Numbered from the stretch's first letter, positions 13,183 to 28,156 are shown. The stretch is DNA of 64,000 bases from Eledone cirrhosa (GCA_964016885.1 OZ024742.1:190464001-190528000), one strand, 5' to 3'. Notes: generated from the sequence alone by a model not told the origin. Numbers and translations are program-made.

Positions 13183-14097
13183 TTAAAACAATGAAATAAA
13201 AAATCAAGTCATTAGAGATATACTTCACTACTTTACGATCGTTTCTAGGTGATAATAATACATTGTAGCAATACTCCGTTATTGATCTATGTAAGGTTAG
13301 TGACAAAATATCAAATAAAGAGAATATTTACTTACATGCATATCACCAGCTGTTTTCAAAAGCAATAATAATTTTATTCAGAATTAGTAGTATGTTAGTA
13401 TCATATCCTTATTTGTATGTAGTTGAAGAACTAACCAATCAAATTGATTTTTTCATATCGTGTTAAGATGGAAAGTAATACACTTTAGTTGAGGTCATGA
13501 CCCTTTGAAAGGAATGGTTGAATGGTGTTAATAGTAGAATTGGCATACAAATCTATTAGGAGGAAAGGGATTGTCAAACTGATAGTTGAATGTATCTGGT
13601 ATAGTGAAGTTTAAAAGGAATGTCAAAATAAATGGTGATTAGTGTTGTATTGAGTTTTTAGGTGAATATAAATTGAGGTTATGGCTAGGAAAGATAGTAT
13701 ATTAAAAGATGAAAATTATAATAAGATAATGAAATACAGTAATGCGATAATATACAACATAACCAACACAATATAGTACGGTGTGGTAAATTGCACGTAG
13801 TATAATACAGCATATGATACGCTCTAAAATACTATCAAGTATGTTTATGTATAAATAATCAACCTTAGATAAATACATGTTGGCATAGTTAAAACACATA
13901 CATTTCATAGATTACAAAGTGCATATAACCACACTATATATAGAGAGGTACAGTTGTATTGATATCCAACCAAAAATATACATACGCACAAATAGATGCA
14001 AACCTAAATACAAATTTACACATGTGCACATTATCATATACACACATATCCATACATACCTATATCTACACATGCACACCTATACCCACATATATAC

Positions 14098-14168
<71 letters not shown>

Positions 14169-15950
14169 TATATACACACACATATATATATGTGTGTATG
14201 TACACTCCTCTTATCATACATAGATATATATTTACTCATGCAATTACGGCTGGTTGTGTACCTTGTTGCCTTTAGTCATTAACGCATGAACCTAAAGAAG
14301 CTAAAAGATTAAAAGGTAGAAAATAAGCATGAATGCATATAATTAGGGGAAAGGGGTACTAATAAATGCTAATAAATGCTACTCTATATAGAATTATTGT
14401 GAGTTGATATTTAGAATATTTAATTAGGTTTATAGTATTTAAATGTTCTTCGTATACGGTGATTACAAACTATGATCAGTTCCTGCCTTTTATTTAATAA
14501 ATCGTCCTTAGATTTAGTAATTTCCAAGATCTCCCCTGAACATAATGTGCATTCCCTCCTGTTCCCAAGATAAGGAATTCTTTGTAGAATAGTGTTCCAC
14601 GATAACTTGAAATCTTTATTTTTCTTGTTATAATTACTTACCTCTTCAGCTAAAGATGTGGTGTTAGCTAGTTTAGTATTGTTGAAACTATTAGAGTGCG
14701 CGTAAAATCTTTTCTTAAATGTGTTTGATATAGATCCTATATATGTTTTGTTGGAGTCTGTAGTAGACACAGTGCATTTATATATTACATTATTAATCAA
14801 ACAGTTGCCATTTAAGGGGCAAATGCTTCTATTTCTGCAATTACAGTCATACGTAAGATGGTTGTTGGGGGTGCCTATACTATTCTCTTTAATCCTTGAG
14901 CTATTCCTATTGTAATTAATGATAGCAGGAGAATGGAGGTTGCTTTGTGGGTGGTTTGGTGCTAGGTTTGTATAGTGATTTTGTGTTCTGTTGTTTTTGT
15001 GTTGGTGATTTGGGTGGTTTTGTTTTCTAGGTTGAAGGATTGTATTATTTGCCTTTTTAAAAGGTGCAGTCCTATTTAAATTATGTTGTGGTGGTGTAGT
15101 CATATTATTTTTAAGTGTATAAATGTTGTAGTTGCTTATTTTTTGCTGGAGATTGCTTGATGTAGAGTATGAGAATTTAACAGTATATTTGTTAAATATT
15201 TGGTGGTATCTGTGGTTTGGTGGAAAAAGTTTATGTAGAATTTCAAAGAATGTTTGTGGGATTTGTCCAATAGTTTGCAGTTTGAAGGGTGCGTTGTACC
15301 ATGCTATGTTTCTTTTGCGGTTTTTAGTTAAGTTCTTATTACCACTTATATTATTGTGTTGTGTTCTAGAAGAATTCCTATGGTTAGTATCCTTATTTGT
15401 GGAATTTGGTAAATTACCGTGGTTGTATTTGGGTTTATTATTGGGTAGATTATGAAATCTTGAGTGCTTGGTATTCATATGTGGGTTGATAACATTGGTC
15501 ATAGATCGTGTAGTAATAGTTGTTATGGTTTTTCGGTTGTTTGGTGTAATAGGAATAACCACTTTAGGTAATCGTTCAATGGTATTTTTTGGTGTTTGTA
15601 ATTTTGCTAGGTTTTATATTTTGGTCCATAGTAGTGTTGGGGATATATGAGATTTTTTTTAATATCCACTTCTAGTTAGGGCCTCGTTGTAGAAGGGTGC
15701 ATTATTATAAAATATATCTTCATTGGAAGATAATTTAGAAAGTCTAAGAGATATGTTATGTACTAAGTTCTTGAGTATAGAGCCAGGGTGGTTAGCTCGT
15801 GAATGTACATAATGTAGATTTCGGTTGGGTTTGTGGTAAGGTTGATAAGTATTCGTAGAGAGGACTAAGGTAACGTCAGGGAAATTAGCTACTTTTGAAG
15901 TGTTTTCAAAAGTGATGCTAAGGCTGTAATAGTCCTTGAGGAATTTTCTA
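13181..15950 (-). mobile_element. 5'-truncated Penelope-like element (RT thumb, linker, GIY-YIG, long 3' UTR)
   Basis: 15660-15900 encodes ...NFPDVTL...YQPYHKPNRNLHYVHSRANHP...RLSKLSSNE...YNEAL..SGY. Followed by the GIY-YIG ORF. Confidence 0.9.
14420..15562 (-). CDS. PLE polyprotein C-terminal fragment with GIY-YIG endonuclease
   Basis: CNCRNRSICPLNGNCLINNVIYKC...TYIGS...FKKRFYAH...CTLCSGE...LLNKRQE...CNH. Confidence 0.85.
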   Translation of the reverse strand: MVIPITPNNRKTITTITTRSMTNVINPHMNTKHSRFHNLPNNKPKYNHGNLPNSTNKDTNHRNSSRTQHNNISGNKNLTKNRKRNIAWYNAPFKLQTIGQIPQTFFEILHKLFPPNHRYHQIFNKYTVKFSYSTSSNLQQKISNYNIYTLKNNMTTPPQHNLNRTAPFKKANNTILQPRKQNHPNHQHKNNRTQNHYTNLAPNHPQSNLHSPAIINYNRNSSRIKENSIGTPNNHLTYDCNCRNRSICPLNGNCLINNVIYKCTVSTTDSNKTYIGSISNTFKKRFYAHSNSFNNTKLANTTSLAEEVSNYNKKNKDFKLSWNTILQRIPYLGNRRECTLCSGEILEITKSKDDLLNKRQELIIVCNHRIRRTFKYYKPN

Positions 15951-15952
15951 AT

Positions 15953-16342
15953 TTGTTTAACACCATTCTACAAAGAACTCCCTATCTTGGGAACAGGAGG
16001 GAATGCAGATTATGTTCTGGGGAGATCTTGGAAATTACTAAATCTAAGGACGATTTATTAAATAAAAGGCAGGAACTGATCATAGTTTGTAATCACCGTA
16101 TACGAAGAACATTTAAATACTATAAACCTAACTAAATATTCTAAATAGCAACTCACTATAATTCTATATAGAGTAGCATTTATTAGTACCCATTTCCCCT
16201 AATTATATGCATTCATGCTTATTTTTTACCTTTTAATGTTTTAGCTTCCTTAGGTTTATGCGTTAATGACTAAATTGCATGAGTAAATATATATCTATGT
16301 ATGTTATGTAAATATATTTATGTGTGTATATATATATTTATG

Positions 16343-16384
<42 letters not shown>

Positions 16385-16593
16385 TTCTTTTTCGTCAAAT
16401 CGGACCGAGGGAGCAATGTTTCCGTTGTCTCTTTCCAATTGCTAATACTATCTAACGGTCGCAACTCCAGGTAGAAGGAGCAACGTGAAATAAAGTGTCT
16501 TGCTCAAGGACATAACTCATCGTCTGGTCCAGGAATCGAACTCACAACCTTACGATTGCGAATCCAATTCTCTAACCACTCAGCCACACGCCT

Positions 16594-16686
<93 letters not shown>

Positions 16687-16848
16687 TTATGTACATGTAT
16701 GTGTGTGTGTGTATGTGTGTATATATATATACATGTGTGTTTGTGTGTGTGTATATGTGAGTATATGTGTAATAGGGTTTATATATGAGTGTGTGTACAT
16801 GTATGAGGAGGGTACATACACACATATATATGTGTGTATATATATATG

Positions 16849-16879
<31 letters not shown>

Positions 16880-17731
16880 GTATATATGTGGGTATAGGTG
16901 TGTATGTATAGATATGTATGGAGATGTGTGTATATGATTATGTGCCCATGTGTACATGTGTATTTAGGTTTGCATCTATTTGTGCGTATGTATATTTTTG
17001 GTTGGATATCAATATAACTGTACCTCTCTATATATAGTGTGGATATATGCACTTTGTAATCTATGAAATTGTATTTATCCGAGTTTGATTATTTATACAT
17101 AAACATACTTGATAATATTTTAGAGCGTATCATATGCTGTATTATACTAAGTGCAATTTACCACACCGTACTAAATTGTGTTGGTTATGTTGTATATTAT
17201 CGCATTACTGTATTTCATTATCATATTATAATTTTCATCTTTTAATATACTATCTTTCCTAGCCATAACCTTAATTTATATTCATGTAAAAATTCAATAC
17301 AACACTAATCACCATTTATTTTGACATTCTTTTTAAACTTCACTATACCAGATAGATTGTTATGCCAATTCTACTATTAGCACCATTCAACCATTCATTT
17401 CAAAGGGTCATGAACTCAACTAAAGTGTATTACTTTTCATCTTAACACGATATGAAAAAAAAAAACAATTTGCTTGGTTAGTTCTTCAACAACCTCCAAA
17501 TAAGGACATGATACTAACATACTACTAATTCTGCATAAAATTATTATTGATTTTGAAAACAGTTGGTGATATGCATGTAAGTAAATATTCTCTTTATCTG
17601 ATATTTGTAACTAAGCTTACATAGATCAATAATGGAGTATAGCTACAATGTATTATCATCACCTAGAAACAATCGTAAAGCAGTGAAGTATATCTCTAAT
17701 GACTTGATTTTTTATTTCATTATTTTAACTT
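15953..17731 (+). repeat. Inverted pseudo-LTR of the PLE (inverted copy of ~13181-14600)
   Basis: The ILQR.PYLGNRREC..CSGE..YYKPN peptide and the UTR recur on the opposite strand. Confidence 0.9.
16391..16596 (-). mobile_element. tRNA-derived SINE, second family
   Basis: ggcgtgtggctgagtggttag A box, gagttcgattcct B box, gtccttgagcaagacactt core. Related partial copy at ~59990-60168. Confidence 0.8.
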
Positions 17732-17866
17732 ATATGATGACTCTGTTTTCATTTTAATGTATTATTGTTTTCCAGGATTTATCTTAACCTACAACATTTT
17801 CAACATATGGATTATATCGAGTTCTTCATATAGAATAGACCCAAAAACTTACTGTGGATACCTCTG

Positions 17867-17916
<50 letters not shown>

Positions 17917-17917
17917 T

Positions 17918-19133
<1,216 letters not shown>

Positions 19134-19625
19134 CATATATATTCATATGTGTCTGTCTATAAATATTTACGTATATATTTTCATATAAGTTTTTTTTATG
19201 CTTTAGTTTAAGTAATATATTATTTCAACTAACTTATGGTTTGGTGTGATGATTTTGCGTTTGGGTTTCTTGTGTTTATGATTGTCTCGTCGCCTGTTAT
19301 ATAATTTGTATGCGTTCAATTCATATAGTATTATTACATTTAATAGGTAGTTTGTCTGAAGTGTGCACTTTCCACACACACTCACACACAGAGAGAAACA
19401 GACACGCATACTTTCACGCACACACTTATACACTTACACTCGCATACATATATGCCCTCCATACATATGTATTTATATAGACTGCGGCAAATGAGTGTGA
19501 TCAGTGAGAGAGTTAATGAGAGTGAAGGAGACAGAAAACTATGTTACATATGTATAATATTAGAAAAATATCTTTAAGATCATATACATACATACATAAG
19601 TATATATGCATATATATTATTCTTG

Positions 19626-19677
<52 letters not shown>

Positions 19678-20412
19678 CTTGAGATAGAATTGGGTGGTAG
19701 ATGTAATAAGGAAGTTCGAGTACAGACTAAACTTAAAGTGTATATATTTTAGCACCATGAAATAAACAGAAACATATCTAATATTAATATTTAGAATGAA
19801 AACGAGACTTTTACCGTTCTAACAAAAATATAGGCCATTAACAAACGGTGGTGAATTTCTTAATTTTGTGAGGGGACAAGGAGGTAATTTATAAAAAGTT
19901 AAGGAAAGTAGGTTCTCTCCAAATAGCTTAACACACTGATTACATTAGTTGATAAAACATAGCAAGATGTCTAGATATTTAAATTGTCTAGATGTTCAGA
20001 TCTGTATTATGATTTCACCGATATTAATATAGGCAATATAGTTAGAGTAGTAAATACGTGCTTAATATATTTTAAAGGACATAGAGATGAATCGGAAGAT
20101 AACAAGAAAACAGCAGGGATAGGCGTGAACTAATTTTGAGCATATCACTTTCATGTTTCAATGTGTTGTAGTAGAATTATTTGAAAACAATTTTCAAAAT
20201 CTCTAGTAAAGGAATCCATTTAATGTTATTGAAAACATATTCAGGCAAAGCAAGAAAAAAATATATATGTGTGTGTGTGTGTGTGTGTGTAAGTGTGTGT
20301 ATATATTCATACATATAATATATATATAAACACGCCCAGACAAACACATATATACATATATATGCATACACAAATCTACATACAAACACACACAGACACA
20401 CGTATATATATC

Positions 20413-21395
20413 TAAGGCGGGTAAAATTCCCGAGATCCATGGACGAGTTCTCTCCAGCGGTCTCTGTCCCTCATTATCGCTGCTATGTCCTGCGTCTCCA
20501 ACAGACCAGTGTCTGTCCTTAGGGCATCAACATACGTTAACCTTAGTCTTCCTCTTCTAGTGTGTCCATATAGGGGCTTCCACTGGAGCACTGAGTGCAA
20601 TGTCAACTCTGGATGTCGGTGAGCATGTCCAGCTAACCTCAGTCTCCTCTGTGTCACTTTTGAGCTGACTTTTTCATCCTCAGTGTATACTGATTAATCT
20701 TCAGAGCCATCCTCAGCATTCTCGTGTAGCACCCATCCACCATCTGAGTGAGTTTCTTGGTCAGTGTCCAAGTCTCAGACCCGTACAGCAGCACAGACTC
20801 CACTACAGCAATGAAGAGGCGGACTTTCAGGATAGTGGACCTGATATCACTGCTCTACACCAACACCAAAACCCAAGTCATTACACCTGATGGGATGGCA
20901 GCATTCTTTGAGATACTGGCTGGCGTGCTCCAGGGAGATACATTGGCTCCCTACCTTTTTATCATCGTAGTGGACTATTGTATGCGCCTTGCACTGGAGA
21001 AACACCAGGACTATGGCTTTACTGTAGCACCGGTTCAGAGCAGGAGAGTTAAGGCGAAAAAGGTATCGGATGCTGAATTTGCCGACGACATAGCTTTGGT
21101 GACAAATACAGTGAAGGAGGCAGAGGATTTGATGCAGGAGGTTGAGACTGTGTCGATGAGTGTGAGGCTGAGAATGAATGAGACTAAAACAAAATATCTG
21201 ATAGAGAATGTTGAGAAGCCAGAGGGGATCACTAATGTAGGCGGGAAGCCGCTAGAATTGGTTGAGGGCTTCCTGTATTTGGGAGCAAAGATTGGGAATA
21301 CGGAAGATGATGTGGTTGAGAGGAAGAGCAAAGCATGGGCGGCGTGCCACAGCTTGAGATCGGTGTAGAAGTCGGACCTTCGTAAAGACCTGAAA

Positions 21396-21396
<1 letters not shown>
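20413..21396. mobile_element. RTE-like LINE 3' fragment with 5' inversion
   Basis: Plus strand 20831-21396 encodes GVLQGDTLAPYLF...FADDIAL...FLYLG...KSDLRKDLK. Minus strand 20830-20413 continues LKVRLF..VESVLLYGSETWTL...RRLRLAGH. Confidence 0.9.
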
Positions 21397-21441
<45 letters not shown>

Positions 21442-21446
<5 letters not shown>

Positions 21447-21559
21447 AACGAGTAGGACCCCGACGGCTGAGCTCAAGCCGTTTCAACGGCTAATTCTGCG
21501 TCCAGAATTAGCCGTCGAAACAGCTTGAGCTCAGCCGTCGGGGTCCTAGTCGTTCCTAT
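21442..21559. repeat. ~118 bp near-perfect palindrome made of two hammerhead 3' halves
   Basis: ataggaacgagtaggacccc...aattctg-cgtc-cagaatt...ggggtcctagtcgttcctat. Confidence 0.9.
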
Positions 21560-21636
21560 TACCCACTCTACTACCATAAGTATTGAGTACTTTGATGCAT
21601 TATGGTCCACCCCCTTCCTTACCACATTTCCATCGT

Positions 21637-21724
<88 letters not shown>

Positions 21725-21861
21725 GAGACAGAGATAAATCTACCAAAATATACGGTAGTGTCCAATCCGTATGAAGAACTCAATGTAATCCAAATATCAT
21801 GAAAAGAGAAGATGTATACAAAAATTTTTTCAATGAAAATCACAGGAAAACAGAGTCAAGC

Positions 21862-22243
21862 TAAATTAATAAAAACAATGAATAAAAACAAAGAAACAGT
21901 TCCTTATATTAAAAAATTCATCATTTTACGATCGTTTCTAGGATATATATGTGTGTGTTGGTATGTATATCATATAGATCTATTTAAAAATTTACAAACT
22001 ATCATAGGAAATATACATACCTACACATATATATGCTGTCTTCAGAAATAATATTATTTCTGAAGACAGCATGTATATGTATAGGTATGTATATTTCCTA
22101 TGATAGTATGTAAATTTTTAAATAGATCTATCTGATATACATACCAACACACACATATATATCCTAGAAACGATCGTGAAATGATGACATTTTTAATATA
22201 AGGAACTGTATCTTTGTTTTTATTCATTGTTTTTATTAATTTA
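21862..22243. repeat. ~380 bp spacerless fold-back palindrome
   Basis: Centre cagaaataatattatttctg at ~22052. The arms share ttacgatcgtttctagg with the PLE 3' UTR at ~13232. Confidence 0.9.
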
Positions 22244-22270
22244 TATATATGTATATATATATATATATAT

Positions 22271-22468
22271 TGAAACAAAATGAAAACGAAATTTCATTTC
22301 TCACTCTTAGTATGGCACTTACTTAAATGTAAGTATGCATGTATACGTACATACATATATGTATACAGACGTACAGTAGCATGCACATATATATATATAT
22401 ATATACATATATACATACATATGCATACAGGTACACATACATATATGCACATATCAGTTTAGCGGCGC

Positions 22469-22470
<2 letters not shown>
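22271..22470 (-). mobile_element. Truncated 3' end of the retrozyme-like unit
   Basis: aaaatgaaaacgaaatttcatttctcactcttag...atcagtttagcgg, between (TA)n tracts. Confidence 0.8.
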
Positions 22471-22507
<37 letters not shown>

Positions 22508-22714
22508 TTTATTTTGTTTGACCTGTTTAGCTTGATTTGTTTTTTGGCTTAGGTGGTTAATGCCTTCTTAACCACTTTTTCAGTTTGTATGGCGTTTTAA
22601 CATATTATTTAGCTCTAGTTTTTTAACTATTGAGCGCTTGCCAGCATTTCTACGATTTTGCGTTTCGTTTCGCTTTTTCTACCAGCCGAAATACGATTCT
22701 CGCTGAATTATATT

Positions 22715-22764
<50 letters not shown>

Positions 22765-23029
22765 TGAGATTTATGTGTATATGTACTGTACTGAACTAAG
22801 ATGCTTCCGGCTTGAATATGTGAGAACCTATTGTTGATGCCTCTGTATATGTTGGTGGGTGAGGTGTAGTACATATAGATCTGTGTGTGTGTGTGTGTGT
22901 GTGTTTGTGTCTGTCTATGTATGCGTGTGTGTGTGTGTTTGCTTGTCTGAGCGTCCTTTCGTATGTGTGTTTGATGGGCTTGTGTTCATGTGGTTACTTT
23001 GTTTGACATAATTTTCAGCCATTATGAGC

Positions 23030-23180
23030 GCTTTCCAGCATAGTTACGTCCCTTTACGGTCTGAGTTCAAATCCCGCCGAGGTTAACTTTGCCTTTCATC
23101 CTTACGGAGTCGATAAAATAAAGTACCAGTAATGTACTGGGTAATTGCTGGCCTTGTGCCAAAAGTAGAAACAATTATGA
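23030..23180 (+). mobile_element. 5'-truncated tRNA-derived SINE
   Basis: Family core and tail. Confidence 0.8.
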
Positions 23181-23354
23181 GCCACCAAATATGTGTAAGT
23201 GTAAGTATATCAGTATATGGGAGTATGTAACGATATAATATGTATGAATGTGTGCAAGTATGTCTACCCATTTTTGTGTTCCACCAGGTATGTTGCAGTT
23301 GTATTATGTATTGTCATATACACATATCAATGATGTCTTTTGTTGTTGCTGTTT

Positions 23355-24357
23355 ATATGACTACTGTGCAGTATTTGTAGTTACGTGTGCGTATGACTGC
23401 GCCATTTATTATTGTTTAATAGATACATACAAACATACACACTCACACACACACACAAACACACACACACACGCACACACACACACACACACTCACACAC
23501 ACACTCACACTCAGACACACATATATATTTATATATATATACAGAGAGAGAGAGAGATAGAGAGAGATATTGATATATAGATATATAAAATACATATATA
23601 TATATATCGTATATATCTATGTGAAATATAATATGTACATATATTTATAATTTGTATATATACATATATATACTTATATACATACATATATACATATATA
23701 ACTTACATACAAACACACACACACACACATATATATATATATGTGTGTATATAATACACATGTACTTATATATATATATACTTATAGGTTTCAAAGTTCT
23801 ACCTTTGGAAATCGATTTTCTTTTACAAACTCTCAGCCTTTTAGATGTGGGTTATAATCGATCATATTGATAACAGTACTATATGAGTGTATTTCTAATA
23901 GAATTCACGATAAGATTTTCATTTAGAACTTCGATGATGGAATACGAGAGCTGTAGTTTATTTAAGCTTAGTAGAACGATATCATAGGGAAAACAAGAAA
24001 ACTTAGTCTGTGTTACACTGAAATATCATAAAAAAGTTTAAACCAATCATATACACACACACAACGCAGATATAGAATGTGATGCATACACACACCCGCG
24101 CCCTCATCCCCCCACATATATATATATATGTGTGTGTGTGTGTATTTGTATGTAAGTTATATATGTATATATGTATGTATATAAGTATATATATGTATAT
24201 ATACAAATTATATATATATATGTACATATTATATTTCACATAGATATATACGATATATATATATGTATTTTATATATCTATATATCAATATCTCTCTATC
24301 TCTCTCTCTCTCTCTGTATATATATATAAATATATATGTGTGTTTGAGTGTGTGTGT

Positions 24358-24448
<91 letters not shown>

Positions 24449-24535
24449 TGTGTATGTTTGTATGTATCTATTAAATAATAATAAATAGCGTAGTCATACG
24501 CACACGTAACTACAAATACTGCACAGTAGTCATAT
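23355..24535. repeat. Inverted repeat, ~390-420 bp arms (23355-23745 / 24115-24535)
   Basis: tgactactgtgcagtatttgtagttacgtgtgcg is mirrored at ~24500-24533. Confidence 0.85.
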
Positions 24536-24628
24536 ATATATATATATATATATAAATATATATAATACACATGTGCGTATATATATATATATATATATAT
24601 ATATACGCACATGTGTATTATATATATT

Positions 24629-24693
<65 letters not shown>

Positions 24694-24810
24694 ATATATT
24701 ATTCAAAATATTAATAAATGATGACATTCACATAATTAAAATATGTATATGTTTTATTATACAATGATATTAAATAAATGGAAACTATATTTATAAAATC
24801 ATATTTATTC

Positions 24811-24864
24811 AATTATATATATTCCAATGGTACCAACATTTTGGTAGCTATCATCAGATAAAAT
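24811..24864 (-). pseudogene. Degenerate hammerhead (GGAA instead of GAAA)
   Basis: ttttat-CTGATGA-tagcTACCAA aatg TTGGTAccatt-GGAA-TATATA-TA. Same family as 26441 and 42515. Confidence 0.55.
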
Positions 24865-26269
24865 ACAAAATGTTTTATAAATATTTGACATGACCAAGGA
24901 TAATATACCTTAACGGTTCAAGTTATCCCTGGAAAGTGAAAGGAAGAGAGAGAAAACAGATATTTAAAATTATTAATATGAGTATGCAAATTAGGTTTAT
25001 ATTAAAGGACTGAAAAAACGTTATTTTAGACGCTATGGAAAATTTAAATAATTATGATAAGTTATTGTATGCGTAGGAAGGAAGAGAGAGAGAAAGGAAT
25101 AATGTTAATTTTGGGGAAACATTTTTGTTACTTATATTATGAGTTATAATATTGTATATATAATAAATTAGAATATATGAAGAATTATGTTTGTAAGTAT
25201 TTTTATCTTATTACATTAGTTTAGGTTATATGTATATAAATATCTAAATATATGTTGATAAGTTGCGTATGTATTGATTGTTTATATATCAAATATGTTA
25301 TATATCAAGTATGTTGAAATTTTATTTTCAAGTTGTGAGATTAGAATAATTTGTGGATTGAAACATTTTGTAAAACATTGAAAATGTTTTCGGAATATTG
25401 TTAATTTAACGAATATTGTTAATTTATCAAACAAAAAATCGTTAAAGAAGAAGGAAGATAAGAAGGAAAAGGAAGACCACTTAAACGTTATTTGGGGGAA
25501 ATATATTCAAACATTTGTCTATATTTATGTGGAGAATTATTTATCTTATTATAATAATATATAAATATCTCTATATATATTTTAATAATAGCATATGCAT
25601 TTTTATTAAAAGGATAGTTTGTTCATAATATGAGTTACGAGGCATGTTGATTTATAAATAATTAAATAAATAGGTAGTTCAAGTTATAGGTGGTTGTTCG
25701 TAATATAAGTTACTAGGGAGTTGATTTTGTATTTTATCTAAATAAATAGGTAGTTAAAATTGATAAGGTTTTAAATTAAATTAACGGAGTTATGTATAAA
25801 AAGTTATTCTGATTGAAAAAAGGAAAGGTAACTCCAATTTTTTTGTTAATCGCTAGTGTGGGATTAATTATTTAGTCTAAAGAAATATGAATATTTAAAC
25901 ATCTTTTAATGGTTATTAATCTACATTTAAAAATTAGCTTTAGAGGGTGTCATTAGAAAAATAAAGAATTAAGAAAAATTAAGAAAAAAGAATAAAAAAT
26001 AAAAAAAATAAAAGAATTAAAAAAATTAAAATTAAAATTAAAATGATATAGAAGTACATAATATAGAAGTACACAAATATATATAAATATCTATACACAA
26101 ACACACGTACATATATATTATAAGAAATTTTAGAGATATTATGATTTAAAGATACTACTATATTAAAAGGAATATTATAAGTATATTATAAGTTACATAT
26201 AGTTCTGAATGTAGAATTTTGGCGATGTCTGCAAGAACTAAATATCTCTGTGTTATTATATATATTTCT

Positions 26270-26507
26270 GTTTTATTATATATATATTTCGAAGGTACTG
26301 TGCTGATTTTTCAGTACGTCCTTGTCAGATAAAATACATGAATTGATGTATGACATACCTCAAAGGTCTTGATGGTTCAATTCCAGTACTGCCAATACTG
26401 GAATTGAACCATCAAGAGGTATGTCATACATCAATTCATGTATTTTATCTGACGAGGACGTACTGAAAAAACAGCACAGTACCTTCGAAATATATATAAT
26501 AAAACAT
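26270..26507. repeat. Fold-back palindrome carrying two divergent hammerhead copies
   Basis: Centre ccagtactgccaatactgg. The minus-strand copy has core CTGACAA. Confidence 0.9.
26441..26504 (+). ncRNA. Type I hammerhead ribozyme
   Basis: ttttat-CTGACGA-GGAcGTACTG...CAGTACcTTC-GAAA-TATATA-TA-ataaaa. Confidence 0.75.
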
Positions 26508-27060
26508 ATATTTTGATTATGTGAATGTCTTCATTTATTAATATTTTGAATAATATTAATAACTCCAGAAAACTTACTTGTAGAGTGCTTTTAATCTATT
26601 GTAAAACTATATTCATTGAGTAATCAATGGACCATATTAATCTTTGGTTTATATGTATATATATATGTGAAATGATTACTTTTTGCCAAAACACACGTGT
26701 TGTTTTGGCAAAAACAACACGTGTGTTTGAACGAAGAATGAACTTTGATGTAACTATAACCTTAAAACCCCTCCTGAGCCATGTACTGAACACTTTTTAG
26801 TTTTCTATGCCCTTGAGAAGCCCTTTTCAGACGAAACGTACGTAGGTGCTTTTTTATATAAACATGTTTTAACGGTATATTCTCCTTTGTAATCATTTTA
26901 CTTGTAACTGCTCTGCTTATATCTCGCCCGCTAAATATTAACGCTTCCAATATTTAACCCTGTAGGCACAAATATTGAGCACGTATGCACAAGCTATTGG
27001 CAACTAACTTTATATATATCGCTTATCTCTTCTTCTCTCTCTCGATACTTAAATATTCTC

Positions 27061-27156
<96 letters not shown>

Positions 27157-27157
27157 C

Positions 27158-27191
<34 letters not shown>

Positions 27192-27476
27192 GTATATATA
27201 TACATATATAGATATATTTACAAATATATGTTACATAACATACATGCCAACGAAGCATACCATTTCATTAGTACACAGAATTTCATGATGTTACCCGAAT
27301 AATATTTCACCATCAACCTCCAGCTTTTGTGAATAGATACAGTATACATATATATATATATAAGTTGTAATAGAATGAAAACGAAATTTCATTTCTCACT
27401 CTTAGTACGGCACTTACTTAAATGTAAGTATGTATGTATACGTACATACATATATGTATACAGACGTACAGTAGCA

Positions 27477-27543
<67 letters not shown>

Positions 27544-27705
27544 CATATATACATACAGGTACACATACATATATGTACGTATCAGTTTAGCGGACGTTTA
27601 TTATAACGCCCGCTTTGTCCGTTTGTAAACAAGCGGACAGCCTGAGTTTATGTCGTACGGTGTTAAGGCAACCACGTCACCTTTTTGTTCAACACTGACA
27701 CAGGA

Positions 27706-27748
27706 ACGATGTACTAGTTTCAAGCTTCTTAGCTATCATCAGCACCGT
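27706..27748 (-). ncRNA. Minimal type I hammerhead ribozyme
   Basis: acggtg-CTGATGA-tAGCT aaga AGCTt-GAAA-CTAG-TA-catcgt. Confidence 0.85.
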
Positions 27749-28156
27749 ATACCCTTCTGCCAGATGGTTGAACGTTCGAAAGTATATACTTTCCTTATGA
27801 AAATTAACGGCTGAGCAGCCTAATTTGCATATCCAGTGAGTTCAGTCGGCCAGGCGCACCGAAAACGATAAGTTGTAATAGAATGAAAACGAAATTTCAT
27901 TTCTCACTCTTAGTACGGCACTTACTTAAATGTAAGTATGTATGTATACGTACATACATATATGTATACAGACGTACAGTAGCATGCATATATATATATA
28001 TACATACAGGTACACATACATATATGTACGTATCAGTTTAGCGGACGTTTATTATAACGCCCGCTTTGTCCGTTTGTAAACAAGCGGACAGCCTGAATTT
28101 ATGCCGTACGGTGTTAAGGCAACCACGTCACCTTTTTGTTCAACACTGACACAGGA

